Source: Escherichia coli (GTDB lineage Bacteria > Pseudomonadota > Gammaproteobacteria > Enterobacterales > Enterobacteriaceae). From it: 64,000 bases of DNA. Position 1 is the first letter of the stretch; each line of letters opens with the position of its first letter. Location: NCBI RefSeq assembly GCF_030013595.1, contig NZ_CP122768.1; one strand, given 5' to 3'. Positions 36,616 through 46,600 of this stretch are shown here, piece after piece. The position numbers and the translations under genes were made by a program. The notes below the pieces were generated by a model that was not told the origin of the DNA, ran no database searches, and was given only the letters and a program-made list of their open reading frames with translations.

Positions 36616-38103
36616 GTGGACATTAGAGACTGGCTACCAGAATTTCAAGTTTCAGCAGAAACAGATCGGGACTTACAGACCTATTTTTTTAAGCTACCGG
36701 CGATAAAGGATATTATTGAAAGTAGGGCTTGGTTGGTTCTTGGAAGAAAAGGTACTGGTAAAACAGCCATTTATGAACACCTTAGAAGAGGAAAACCAGC
36801 CAATCTCAACGGGTTTTACTCAGTATGTCTAAATTTTAGTGACTATCCATGGCCAGCCCATCAACTTTACAAGGATGCAATGGCTGGAGAACTTTCCGCT
36901 TATCAAAAAAGTTGGATGTATCTTTTTTATATTAAGGCATTATCTAAACTTATTGAAATAAAAAATGATGCTGGAGAGACTTTAAACAAAGATCTAACGT
37001 GGGCACATAATTATATCAAAACTATCTTTGGTAGTCCCGACCCAACTCTTAGGGAGGTTTTGTTTTCAAAAATAACCAGATTAAAAACCATAAAAGGGCC
37101 CAGTGCTGGTCTTAATGAAGTATCATTGGACGCAGGTGAAATTTCGTTAGAGGAAGTTGCTGAGAATGCTCAGCTAAAGCAAAAGCTAAGAGCTAATGCT
37201 TTCACATTGCTTACGTATTTTGAAAAAATTTTTAAAGATAACATTGGTAATGAAAAAATAATTATCGCCCTTGACCAATTAGACGAAAACTGGCTAGAGG
37301 GGCAAATTGAAGAATATAGTAAGGTTTTAATAAATCTGCTAAATGTCTGTAGAAACATAGCATCTGATGAACGCCTCAATGATAAATTAAAAGTCATTCC
37401 CTTCCTACGAACGGATATTTATCATTCTTTGAAATTCAATGATAAAAACAAATTATTGCAAGATAGTGCTATCATAATCTCATGGAATGAAAATAATCTA
37501 AACGATATGTATTATGAGAGGATAAAGAAATACAAACCTAATGATCTCATATTAGATGACGAAAAGGACAGATCTGGGAAAGTATTTGAGGTTTCATTCG
37601 TTAGGCAGGGGACTCCTCCATTTAAATATATATGTCGCCGTTCTTTCTTTAGGCCTAGGGATATTATTGTCTACTTCAACAAAATTAGGGCATGTCATAA
37701 AAATAATGTCTCAGGTCTTTACACTTCCAATGAGCTTTATGAAGCTGACCGTGAAGCATCTATAAGTGTGTACAATGAGGTGATTGATGAATGGTCCAAC
37801 CAATTCCCTGAAATTGAGAACTTACTAACTGTTCTTCAAACTATCCAAGTAGAAACATTCGATTTTAATGATTTCTCCGAGAAGTGCCGTAATGAATTTG
37901 CAGGTATTTCTGATGGGGTGATACGTCAATATATCAACTTCCTGTTTGATAACTCACTTATCGGACAAAAAAAACAAGGTAGATGGGAATACGTAAGTAG
38001 TTTGCCTAACTTAAAAATTAATCTACAAAATGAGTTTAGGACACATCATGCTTTAAAATACAGGTTGCATTTAATAGAAAGCAGACCGAGCCAAAATATT
38101 TAG
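36616..38103 (+). CDS. P-loop NTPase, 495 aa, AT-rich moron (candidate defence / abortive-infection gene)
   Basis: GTG start after AGAGGA. Walker A LVLGRKGTGKTAIY, Walker B KIIIALDQLDE. Codon composition is much more AT-rich than its neighbours. Confidence 0.7.
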   Translation: MDIRDWLPEFQVSAETDRDLQTYFFKLPAIKDIIESRAWLVLGRKGTGKTAIYEHLRRGKPANLNGFYSVCLNFSDYPWPAHQLYKDAMAGELSAYQKSWMYLFYIKALSKLIEIKNDAGETLNKDLTWAHNYIKTIFGSPDPTLREVLFSKITRLKTIKGPSAGLNEVSLDAGEISLEEVAENAQLKQKLRANAFTLLTYFEKIFKDNIGNEKIIIALDQLDENWLEGQIEEYSKVLINLLNVCRNIASDERLNDKLKVIPFLRTDIYHSLKFNDKNKLLQDSAIIISWNENNLNDMYYERIKKYKPNDLILDDEKDRSGKVFEVSFVRQGTPPFKYICRRSFFRPRDIIVYFNKIRACHKNNVSGLYTSNELYEADREASISVYNEVIDEWSNQFPEIENLLTVLQTIQVETFDFNDFSEKCRNEFAGISDGVIRQYINFLFDNSLIGQKKQGRWEYVSSLPNLKINLQNEFRTHHALKYRLHLIESRPSQNI

Positions 38104-38451
38104 CTTACATCCATCTCCATTAAGAAATCTTGCTATTGTTCTTATGGATCGTCTTTCTGACTGATTTCATATTGGCGAGGTAAAGGTAGTTAAGTAGAAT
38201 GGCTGCGGGTGCTTGAGGCTATCTGCCTCGGGCATGAACACCAAAGGCAGATAGAGAAAAGCCCCAGTTAACATTACGCGTCCTGCAAGACGCTTAACAT
38301 TAATCTGAGGCCAATTTCATGCTAGACACATGTAGGTTAGCCTCTTACGTGCCGAAAGGCAAGGAGAAGCAGGCTAGTGTTAACACCAAGCTGTAATGTC
38401 CCCTTTGAACCATTCTAAAATGTCCCCAGACAATTCTCTGGGGGATTTTTC

Positions 38452-39792
38452 ATGATCAAAGAGACTGTTACGATGAGTCATAAGGAACTCCACCGACTTC
38501 AGATTATTCAGGAGTCAATTAATCGACATATTACTCAGGAACAAGCTGCGGCACGCATTGGCATTTCTATTCGGCAGGTTAAACGTCTGGTGCAACGGTA
38601 TAGAAATGAAGGGCCTTCTGGTCTGGTTTCCCACCGACGTGGAAAGCGTCCTAATAATTCCTTTTCTACTGAATTCAGAGCAACAGTAATTTCACTCCTC
38701 AAAGGCCGTTACGCTGATTTTGGACCTACGTTTGCGTGCGAAAAATTGCGCGAGATACACGGTTTATCTTTATCCGTTGAAACTCTCAGAAAGTGGATGA
38801 TAGAAGAGGGGTTATGGCGTGAACGCCGTCGTAAAATTGCCCGTATATATCAACGCCGCATGCGACGACCATCTTACGGTGAACTGATCCAGATTGATGG
38901 CTCACCTCATGACTGGTTTGAAAATCGAGGCCCCAGATGTACACTGATCGTTTTCATTGATGATGCCACCAGTGCGTTGATGGCGTTGCGTTTTGTGCCT
39001 GCTGAAACAACCCGGGCTTACATGGAAACCCTCCGGGGTTACCTTAATGATCATGGCGTACCGCTCGCTCTCTACTCTGATAGACACAGTATATTCAGGG
39101 TAAATAACCCAGAGCGGGAAGGTGAGCTGACCCAGTTCACTCGTGCGATAAAGACACTGGGCATCGAGCCAATCCATGCCAACAGCCCGCAGGCAAAAGG
39201 GCGGGTAGAGCGCGCCAATCAGACACTACAGGACAGGCTGGTCAAAGAAATGCGGCTTCAGAATATCAGTGATATTGAAACAGCAAATGCATGGTTGCCG
39301 ACCTTTATTGAAGCCTATAACAACCGGTTCGCTACGTCGCCTCGTACTACTGATAATGCTCATCTTGATGAGCACCATTCTGAAGAGGAACTGGGTTATA
39401 TCTTCAGCCTACAGGCGAAGCGCGTTCTGTCTAAAAATCTCACTTTCCAGTACAAAAGCAGTGCGTTTCAGGTACGCAGTGAGGGCCGGGGATATCGACT
39501 TAGGCATTCGGTTGTTACTGTATGCGAGAACTTTGACGGTGAAATTAACGTTCTGTATGACGGGAAAGCGCTGGGCTGGGAAAAGTATGTTGATGGCCCG
39601 GAGCCTATACCACTGGATGATGAAAAGAGTGTCCATGAACGAGTGGATAATGCCCGTATTGATTTACGCTCAAAATACTATGTTAAACCTAAAGCTGACC
39701 ATCCCTGGCTTACGCGCCGAACGCAAAGTCATCAGCAAGTTAAGCCCCCGAAGTTACCTAAAAAGAAGCCTGATCCCGATAAAAAAGATTGA
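38452..39792 (+). CDS. rve (DDE integrase-core) transposase with N-terminal HTH, ISNCY/IS1202-group-like
   Basis: HTH ITQEQAAARIGISIRQVKRLVQRYRNEG, then a core with LIQIDGSPHDWF...LYSDRHSIF...AKGRVERANQTLQDRL. The IS ends are not confidently defined. Confidence 0.75.
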   Translation: MIKETVTMSHKELHRLQIIQESINRHITQEQAAARIGISIRQVKRLVQRYRNEGPSGLVSHRRGKRPNNSFSTEFRATVISLLKGRYADFGPTFACEKLREIHGLSLSVETLRKWMIEEGLWRERRRKIARIYQRRMRRPSYGELIQIDGSPHDWFENRGPRCTLIVFIDDATSALMALRFVPAETTRAYMETLRGYLNDHGVPLALYSDRHSIFRVNNPEREGELTQFTRAIKTLGIEPIHANSPQAKGRVERANQTLQDRLVKEMRLQNISDIETANAWLPTFIEAYNNRFATSPRTTDNAHLDEHHSEEELGYIFSLQAKRVLSKNLTFQYKSSAFQVRSEGRGYRLRHSVVTVCENFDGEINVLYDGKALGWEKYVDGPEPIPLDDEKSVHERVDNARIDLRSKYYVKPKADHPWLTRRTQSHQQVKPPKLPKKKPDPDKKD

Positions 39793-40228
39793 AACCAAGA
39801 TCGATTCGGTTGAGTGCATATCCATTCATAGGGTAGATTCTTAAGTCGCGTTTCTGGTGTTCATTTTCGGGTGGTTTGTTACTTGTTTTACCGGGGATAT
39901 GCCAGAAACGCGCTGAGTCAGTCTGGGCGGTGCGCGTAATGAGGCGTTATGGTAAATAGCCTATGCTAATGTCCGCTAAGAGCAAGAAGCGGAAGTTGGC
40001 AGTTTTGTGGACTGTCCCCACAAAAGTGACTACAGAAATAGTTGCAATTCATAATTGATCATGGGTTGTCAGTTAAACTCGTGGCGATTTAAATAGACTA
40101 ATTGGGAGTGCGTCCATTACTTATATCTTGTAATGTTAACTATCAGAAATGATACAAAGATAATATGTCTTTAAAGAAAAGGCTGATGGCGAAAAGTGGC
40201 CCGATGAGGGCCACAATACGGCTGTCAC

Positions 40229-40561
40229 TTAGACGTAAATATCAATGGTGCCAGCGGTATTTGTATCGTCTTTTTTCTCTTCTTTTTTATCAGGCTGAAC
40301 TGTCGCGTCTTCATTCTTTTTCTCTGCCTGCTGCCTTAACAACTGCTCCAGTTGAGCCCAGAGGCTTTCAATTTGCTTCTGTACCAATGCAGCCATTTCT
40401 TTTTTCTGCTGTGTCGTCATCCCCTCTTCCGATGAGATTTTCCCAAGCTTTTCAGTCAGCACCTGAATTTGTCTTGTGATTTTGGCTATTTCTGATGTTC
40501 CTTCCGGGGCGGAGTTGTTTGAAATAACGGTTGAGGTATTTCCCTGAATTGTGACAGACAT
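40229..40561 (-). CDS. flxA: FlxA (Qin prophage protein)
   Basis: MSVTIQGNTSTVISNNSAPEGTSEIAKITRQIQVLTEKL..., 110 aa. Confidence 0.85.
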   Translation of the reverse strand: MSVTIQGNTSTVISNNSAPEGTSEIAKITRQIQVLTEKLGKISSEEGMTTQQKKEMAALVQKQIESLWAQLEQLLRQQAEKKNEDATVQPDKKEEKKDDTNTAGTIDIYV

Positions 40562-40763
40562 AGATTTCTCCTTTTAAAAAAGCACTATCGGCATGCACAA
40601 AAAAATCTTTAATCGTATTTCTTGTGTCATTAATTGTTTGATGTTCAGATTGTTTTCCTCGCGGGCTGGCGCGCCTCAGAAAGTAAAGCTTGTTGACAGG
40701 GGTAAACGTTCGGCAATAATTTTCTGCCGCATGCGGGTGTTGCATAAAACGTGTTACGTTCCT

Positions 40764-41069
40764 TTATCGACAGGTCAGGTCACCGCTCACCCGCCGACGA
40801 GAAAGCAACACTGACATGCTAAAGCAAAAAATAGATGAATAAGTTGAGTTGTGCATATGTAGCCTGACCGTCACAAAGTATATGGTGTCTGTACCAGTAA
40901 GATGATGGCCGGACTCTTTAAAAACGAGCTGACCTGCACAATACAGGATGGACTTAGCAATGGCTGCTCCTGGCAGAAAGCGGACAGTGATCACCGTTCT
41001 TACGACTACTTTCTGACTTCCTTCGTGACTTGCCCTAAGCATGTTGTAGTGCGATACTTGTAATGACAT
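40764..41069 (-). CDS. Hypothetical 101-aa ORF in the ydfV position
   Basis: Same size and position as K-12 ydfV between flxA and relB. I cannot verify the sequence from memory. Confidence 0.35.
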   Translation of the reverse strand: MSLQVSHYNMLRASHEGSQKVVVRTVITVRFLPGAAIAKSILYCAGQLVFKESGHHLTGTDTIYFVTVRLHMHNSTYSSIFCFSMSVLLSRRRVSGDLTCR

Positions 41070-41093
41070 TTGTAATTACAAGAGGTGTAAGAC

Positions 41094-41333
41094 ATGGGTA
41101 GCATTAACCTGCGTATTGACGATGAACTTAAAGCGCGTTCTTACGCCGCGCTTGAAAAAATGGGTGTAACTCCTTCTGAAGCGCTTCGTCTCATGCTCGA
41201 GTATATCGCTGACAATGAACGCTTGCCGTTCAAACAGACACTCCTGAGTGATGAAGATGCTGAACTTGTGGAGATAGTGAAAGAACGGCTTCGTAATCCT
41301 AAGCCAGTACGTGTGACGCTGGATGAACTCTGA
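41094..41333 (+). CDS. relB: RelB antitoxin
   Basis: MGSINLRIDDELKARSYAALEKMGVTPSEALRLMLEYIADNERLPFKQ..., 79 aa. Confidence 0.93.
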   Translation: MGSINLRIDDELKARSYAALEKMGVTPSEALRLMLEYIADNERLPFKQTLLSDEDAELVEIVKERLRNPKPVRVTLDEL

Positions 41334-41620
41334 TGGCGTATTTTCTGGATTTTGACGAGCGGGCACTAAAGGAATGGCGAAAGCTGGGCTCGACGGTACG
41401 TGAACAGTTGAAAAAGAAGCTGGTTGAAGTAATTGAGTCACCCCGGATTGAAGCAAACAAGCTCCGTGGTATGCCTGATTGTTACAAGATTAAGCTCCGG
41501 TCTTCAGGCTATCGCCTTGTATACCAGGTTATAGACGAGAAAGTTGTCGTTTTCGTGATTTCTGTTGGGAAAAGAGAACGCTCGGAAGTATATAGCGAGG
41601 CGGTCAAACGCATTCTCTGA
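41333..41620 (+). CDS. relE: RelE mRNA-interferase toxin
   Basis: MAYFLDFDERALKEWRKLGSTVREQLKKKL..., 95 aa. Start overlaps the relB stop. Confidence 0.93.
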   Translation: MAYFLDFDERALKEWRKLGSTVREQLKKKLVEVIESPRIEANKLRGMPDCYKIKLRSSGYRLVYQVIDEKVVVFVISVGKRERSEVYSEAVKRIL

Positions 41621-41691
41621 ACCAAAGCATGACATCTCTGTTTCGCACCGAAGGTGACACTTCTGCTTTGCGTTGACAGGAGAAGCAGGCT

Positions 41692-41847
41692 ATGAAGCAG
41701 CAAAAGGCGATGTTAATCGCCCTGATCGTCATCTGTTTAACCGTCATAGTGACGGCACTGGTAACGAGGAAAGACCTCTGCGAGGTACGAATCCGAACCG
41801 GCCAGACGGAGGTCGCTGTCTTCACAGCTTACGAACCTGAGGAGTAA
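41692..41847 (+). CDS. hokD: HokD (RelF) Hok-family membrane toxin
   Basis: Not in the track (<60 aa). MKQQKAMLIALIVICLTVIVTALVTRKDLCEVRIRTGQTEVAVFTAYEPEE, 51 aa. Confidence 0.88.
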   Translation: MKQQKAMLIALIVICLTVIVTALVTRKDLCEVRIRTGQTEVAVFTAYEPEE

Positions 41848-41915
41848 GAGACCCGGCGAGGGAGAAATCCCTCGCCACCTCTGATGTGTCAGGCATCCTC
41901 AACGCACCCGCACTT

Positions 41916-41945
41916 AACCCGCTTCGGCGGGTTTTTGTTTTTATT
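41916..41945 (+). terminator. Rho-independent terminator after relBE-hokD
   Basis: AACCCGC-TTCG-GCGGGTT followed by TTTTGTTTTTATTTT. Confidence 0.75.
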
Positions 41946-42063
41946 TTCAACGCGTTTGAAGTTCTGGACGGTGCCGGAATAGAATCAAAAATACTTAAGT
42001 AGCGCGCAGGGATAAGAGGGATGGTCCCTTAAAGGGGAGAGCTAATTATCCGGAAGGATTCTG

Positions 42064-42315
42064 ATGATGAACATCGAAGAACTGCGTAAAATTTTTTGTG
42101 AAGATGGCCTCTATGCTGTGTGCGTTGAAAATGGAAATCTTGTTAGTCATTACCGCATTATGTGTTTGCGAAAGAATGGGGCTGCGTTAATTAATTTTGT
42201 GGATGGTCGAGTGACAGACAGATTTATCTTGCGCGAAGGTGAGTTTGTCACTTCATTACAGGCACTGAAAGAGATCGGAATAAAAGCAGGCTTTTCAGCT
42301 TTTGCAGAAGAATAA
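42064..42315 (+). CDS. rem: Rem (Qin prophage protein)
   Basis: MMNIEELRKIFCEDGLYAVCVENGNLVSHYRIMCLRKNGAALINF..., 83 aa. Confidence 0.8.
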   Translation: MMNIEELRKIFCEDGLYAVCVENGNLVSHYRIMCLRKNGAALINFVDGRVTDRFILREGEFVTSLQALKEIGIKAGFSAFAEE

Positions 42316-42381
42316 ACTCATCTACAATCTTGCGCGGGGCTGAACTCCCGCTGAGTAACACCGTGCCACCGGAGAAAACCG

Positions 42382-42660
42382 ATGGCACGCAACGTAAAAT
42401 ATTACAATTCTGATAATTCGCCCGTTCTTGCCTGCACGCACGAGCGGTATTCTCACGCATTCAAGTCTGAATGGTTCCAACACCCTCCATGCACTGAAGA
42501 GCAGGCTGAATGGATAATTCAGTGTTACCGCAGGCGCGGATACGAGGTTAAGAAAGCCCTTAGTCTCGACTACCGTCACTGGATAATCTCAGTCAGATTG
42601 CCTTACTCCGAACGCCCACCACGTGCGTCCCGCACTTTCCAGCAACGGATCTGGAGGTAA
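42382..42660 (+). CDS. Hypothetical 92-aa protein
   Basis: The ORF ends right at the ydfU GTG start. No domain recognised. Confidence 0.45.
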   Translation: MARNVKYYNSDNSPVLACTHERYSHAFKSEWFQHPPCTEEQAEWIIQCYRRRGYEVKKALSLDYRHWIISVRLPYSERPPRASRTFQQRIWR

Positions 42661-42661
42661 C

Positions 42662-43711
42662 GTGCGGGTATTACTTAGACCTGTTCTGGTGCCTGAGCTT
42701 GGGCTGGTGGTCCTTAAGCCGGGCCGTGAATCCATACAGATATTTCATAATCCTCGAGTGCTGGTGGAACCGGAACCAAAAAGCATGCGTAATCTGCCAT
42801 CCGGAGTCGTTCCTGCCGTTGGCCAGCCGCTGGCGGAAGACAAAACATTGCTGCCGTTTTTTAGTAACGAACGGGTGATTCGTGCTGCTGGCGGCGTTGG
42901 CTCATTGTCTGACTGGCTATTACGTCATGTTACATCCTGCCAGTGGCCTAATGGCGATTACCATCACACTGAAACAGTCATTCACCGTTATGGTACCGGC
43001 GCAATGGTGTTGTGTTGGCACTGCGACAACCAACTGCGTGACCAGACATCGGAATCACTGGAGCTGCTTGCTCAACAAAATCTGACAGCATGGGTGATTG
43101 ACGTCATCCGTCACGCAATAAGCGGTACGCAGGAGCGGGAATTATCTTTGGCTGAATTATCCTGGTGGGCGGTCTGCAATCAGGTGGTGGATGCACTACC
43201 TGAGGCTGTATCGCGTCGTTCGCTGGGATTACCAGCGGAAAAAATCTGCTCGGTGTACCGCGAAAGCGACATCGTACCGGGAGAGCAGACCGCCACCAGC
43301 ATATTGAAACAACGCACAAAAAATCTTGCACCGTTGCCTTACGCCCACCAGCAACAAAAACTACCACAGGAAAAGACGGTGGTAAGCATCACCGTTGATC
43401 CAGAGTCTCCGGAATCTTTCATGAAGCTGCCTAAACGTCGCCGCTGGGTTAAGGAGAAATACACACGTTGGGTTAAGACACAGCCGTGTGCTTGCTGCGG
43501 TATGCCAGCCGACGATCCGCATCATCTGATTGGTCACGGGCAGGGCGGAATGGGAACAAAAGCACATGATCTCTTTGTGTTGCCTTTGTGCAGAAAGCAT
43601 CACAACGAGCTGCATACGGATACAGTGGCATTTGAAGAGAAGTATGGCTCCCAACTGGAGCTGATATTTCGTTTTATCGATCGCGCGCTGGCAATTGGCG
43701 TACTGGCGTAA
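42662..43711 (+). CDS. ydfU: YdfU (DUF968, HNH-like C-terminal Cys/His motif)
   Basis: GTG at 42662 after GGAGG. 349 aa as in K-12. C-terminus CACCGMPADDPHHL...LCRKHHNELH. Confidence 0.8.
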   Translation: MRVLLRPVLVPELGLVVLKPGRESIQIFHNPRVLVEPEPKSMRNLPSGVVPAVGQPLAEDKTLLPFFSNERVIRAAGGVGSLSDWLLRHVTSCQWPNGDYHHTETVIHRYGTGAMVLCWHCDNQLRDQTSESLELLAQQNLTAWVIDVIRHAISGTQERELSLAELSWWAVCNQVVDALPEAVSRRSLGLPAEKICSVYRESDIVPGEQTATSILKQRTKNLAPLPYAHQQQKLPQEKTVVSITVDPESPESFMKLPKRRRWVKEKYTRWVKTQPCACCGMPADDPHHLIGHGQGGMGTKAHDLFVLPLCRKHHNELHTDTVAFEEKYGSQLELIFRFIDRALAIGVLA

Positions 43712-43724
43712 GTGGAGAACGAGC

Positions 43725-44477
43725 ATGAACCTTGAAGCCTTACCAAAATATTACTCCCCAAAATCTCCAAAATTGAGCGATGACGCTCCAGCGACAGGCA
43801 CCGGTTGTTTAACAATTACGGATGTAATGGCAGCGCAGGGGATGGTGCAGTCGAAAGCACCACTTGGGTTGGCCTTATTTCTGGCAAAAGTTGGTGTTCA
43901 GGACCCTCAGTTTGCGATTGAAGGCCTGCTAAATTACGCGATGGCACTGGATAACCCGACATTGAACAAATTGAGTGAAGAAATCCGGTTACAGATTATT
44001 CCTTACCTCGTGAGTTTTGCCTTTGCTGATTACTCCAGGTCTGCGGCAAGTAAGGCTCGCTGTGAGCATTGTTCAGGTACGGGATTTTATAATGTATTGC
44101 GCGAAGTGGTGAAACACTACAGACGCGGGGAATCTGTAATCAAGGAAGAATGGGTGAAGGAACTATGTCAGCATTGCCATGGTAAGGGCGAAGCCAGCAC
44201 AGCGTGCAGAGGGTGTAAGGGTAAAGGGATTGTTCTGGATGAAAAAAGAACCCGGTTTCATGGCGTACCGGTATATAAGATTTGTGGGCGTTGTAATGGA
44301 AACCGGTTTAGTCGTTTACCGACCACGCTGGCACGACGTCATGTCCAGAAGCTGGTACCAGACCTGACCGATTATCAGTGGTATAAGGGGTATGCGGACG
44401 TCATTGGTAAACTGGTAACAAAGTGCTGGCAGGAAGAAGCATACGCGGAAGCGCAATTGAGGAAGGTGACGAGATAA
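43725..44477 (+). CDS. quuQ: Late-gene antiterminator Q (QuuQ)
   Basis: ATG at 43725, MNLEALPKYYSPKSPKLSDD..., zinc-finger CEHCSGTG..CQHCHGKG..CRGCKGKG, 250 aa. Confidence 0.85.
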   Translation: MNLEALPKYYSPKSPKLSDDAPATGTGCLTITDVMAAQGMVQSKAPLGLALFLAKVGVQDPQFAIEGLLNYAMALDNPTLNKLSEEIRLQIIPYLVSFAFADYSRSAASKARCEHCSGTGFYNVLREVVKHYRRGESVIKEEWVKELCQHCHGKGEASTACRGCKGKGIVLDEKRTRFHGVPVYKICGRCNGNRFSRLPTTLARRHVQKLVPDLTDYQWYKGYADVIGKLVTKCWQEEAYAEAQLRKVTR

Positions 44478-44583
44478 ATGATTTTTGCTGAAGATGGCGA
44501 CATGATGTTTGCATTTTTCAAAAAATATGGATAAAATTTTTTCAACGATGGGCTTTGTATACCCGACGTTAAGAAAAAGTAGA

Positions 44584-44613
44584 AAACCCGCTGATGAGCG
44601 GGTTTTGTGCTTT
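44584..44613 (+). terminator. Rho-independent terminator downstream of Q (tR'-like)
   Basis: AACCCGC-TGATGA-GCGGGTT followed by TTTGTGCTTT, ~110 bp after quuQ, where the lambdoid PR'/qut/tR' elements lie. Confidence 0.6.
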
Positions 44614-44898
44614 AAATGGGGCAATGGTAATGTTGAATCTCATCCCGGGACTCATGTCTGTTAACTTATTATTTAGCTGGTGACTTGGTTATTTGCCTGA
44701 TGTTTAAAATGTTTTCTTCCAGTACAATGTCCCTAAACACAATGAGTCTGCTTATTATATTATTAGCAGAGCTATTACGGCCAAAGTACAGCATAAGCTT
44801 TTAAAGCCAATCAACCAGTCATCAAGACAGACGGGGTTATTCATAAAAACTCTCCATGTGTGATCCGATGGGGCCTGAAATTAAAGCTTTAATATAGC

Positions 44899-45111
44899 TC
44901 ATGAAAGGTAAACATTGGCAGCTGAAGGGCCACGCAGACCATTTATCCGGCAAAATTCCACGCGTAATCCGGTGGTAATTTCTTCTGCATCGCGGAGATT
45001 GAGCGCTGAAACATGAAGCTGGACATCGATACGACCATCGGATGGGGTGATAAGACCCTTGCCGCTTTTGCCGTCAAAGGTTTTGACAATTCCTGTCATT
45101 TTACGGGACAA
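44899..45111 (-). CDS. cspF: Cold-shock-like protein CspF
   Basis: [44 protein letters not shown]..., 70 aa. Confidence 0.9.
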
Positions 45112-45411
45112 AAAAATTCCTTAATACTGATAACTTGGCGCACTATACACACGTTCCTGAAGAAAGCTATAGTTTTTTGATGGGGTTGAAGATGGCTGGA
45201 TGTCTAAAATAAACATTGCTTCATATGTTCAACTATGCGTTAATGATTGCGTCGGTTTGAAGAACAGACGATATACGAAGTAGTTTACTAAAGCAGTTCT
45301 CATTTCAGGTGTTATTCACTTATTCCTTCTTTGAGTCTCTCCAATTAAGTACGAAGTCGTTTCTGTTATGCAAACCATTTATGCCGAAAGGCTCAAGTTA
45401 AGGAATGTAGA

Positions 45412-45627
45412 ATGTCAAATAAAATGACTGGTTTAGTAAAATGGTTTAACGCTGATAAAGGTTTCGGCTTTATTTCTCCTGTTGATGGTAGTAAAGATGT
45501 GTTTGTGCATTTTTCTGCGATTCAGAATGATAATTATCGAACCTTATTTGAAGGTCAAAAGGTTACCTTCTCTATAGAGAGTGGTGCTAAAGGTCCTGCA
45601 GCAGCAAATGTCATCATTACTGATTAA
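45412..45627 (+). CDS. cspB: Cold-shock protein CspB
   Basis: [49 protein letters not shown]..., 71 aa. Confidence 0.92.
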   Translation: MSNKMTGLVKWFNADKGFGFISPVDGSKDVFVHFSAIQNDNYRTLFEGQKVTFSIESGAKGPAAANVIITD

Positions 45628-45990
45628 AATTCATCGCTCGTCTGTATACGATAACGAAGAAGGCTGATGCCTGAGTAGAGATACGGACAGAGTAGTGAAT
45701 ATTGGATTTCTTTAATAAAAATTAAGGAGGTCCAATACATGAAACAATGGTCAGCATATTTGGCAAAATCTTAATCAGGAAAAGTATGCTAACCATTGTG
45801 GTGAAGTGCAGGTTTGCTGCATGAATAGTTTTACAGCAGAAGCTAACTGCTGGCATGGCAAAACAAAGTGCGTAAGTGGATGACTCCCACAAAAAGCACC
45901 ACAATCTCAAACCCGCTCAGGCGGGTTTTTTATTATCTGCTTTAAATATATTATTAAAATATAAAAAATACTTGTTACTAATAAAATCAA

Positions 45991-46161
45991 TCAGGCTACA
46001 GCTTTAAGATTTGTCTGGAATACTTTGTTGCAATGAGGGCAGATCAAAAGGGCACCTTTTTGTACTCTTGAAAAACTGTGTTCTGACTCTTGGGTGCAGT
46101 TTGGGCAGGAACATTTAACGAGATAATTACGGCGTGATTTTGAGTCTTTACGTTCTGACAT
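45991..46161 (-). CDS. ynfU: Small zinc-ribbon protein (YnfU-like, 56 aa)
   Basis: MSERKDSKSRRNYLVKCSCPNCTQESEHSFSRVQKGALLICPHCNKVFQTNLKAVA, start at 46161. Confidence 0.6.
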   Translation of the reverse strand: MSERKDSKSRRNYLVKCSCPNCTQESEHSFSRVQKGALLICPHCNKVFQTNLKAVA

Positions 46162-46380
46162 AGGCTTTTCCTGTATAAATGGCCGTATACAGTACACTAA
46201 ATATGAAAACATTTCTCGTATTATTATTTTATATATGACTTTCTTTCAAAATAATTACTCACATTTTTAATGTGTATGTTTCTTTAGCGCCGTTGAGAAC
46301 AGCGTGTGCTGTCAAAACTACCCCGTAGACTCCGATCTTTTCAAACATATTGCACCATCCGTGTACATCGGGGTGAGGAT

Positions 46381-46596
46381 ATGAAATCAATGGATAAGTT
46401 AACAACAGGTGTTGCCTATGGCACATCGGCGGGTAATGCTGGTTTCTGGGCATTGCAGTTACTCGATAAAGTAACTCCGTCACAGTGGGCTGCAATCGGT
46501 GTGCTGGGTAGCCTGGTTTTTGGCCTGCTGACGTATCTGACAAATCTTTATTTCAAGATTAAAGAAGACAGGCGTAAGGCTGCGAGAGGAGAATAA
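46381..46596 (+). CDS. essQ: Phage-21-type pinholin (S21-like) EssQ
   Basis: [71 protein letters not shown], 71 aa. Confidence 0.88.
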   Translation: MKSMDKLTTGVAYGTSAGNAGFWALQLLDKVTPSQWAAIGVLGSLVFGLLTYLTNLYFKIKEDRRKAARGE

Positions 46597-46600
46597 TCCA

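Noticed and set aside
38200-38400. Structured region as a retron msr/msd or group II intron RNA
   Set aside because: There is no reverse transcriptase ORF anywhere nearby. The adjacent gene is a DDE transposase, so IS sub-terminal structure is more likely.
40165-40479. 104-aa plus-strand ORF
   Set aside because: It is antisense to flxA, which is well supported.
41076-41456. 126-aa minus-strand ORF
   Set aside because: It is antisense to relB-relE.
45738-45773. 11-aa mini-ORF MKQWSAYLAKS with strong SD (TAAGGAGG) downstream of cspB
   Set aside because: It is too short to evaluate. It may be a leader peptide or chance, and it is noted only.
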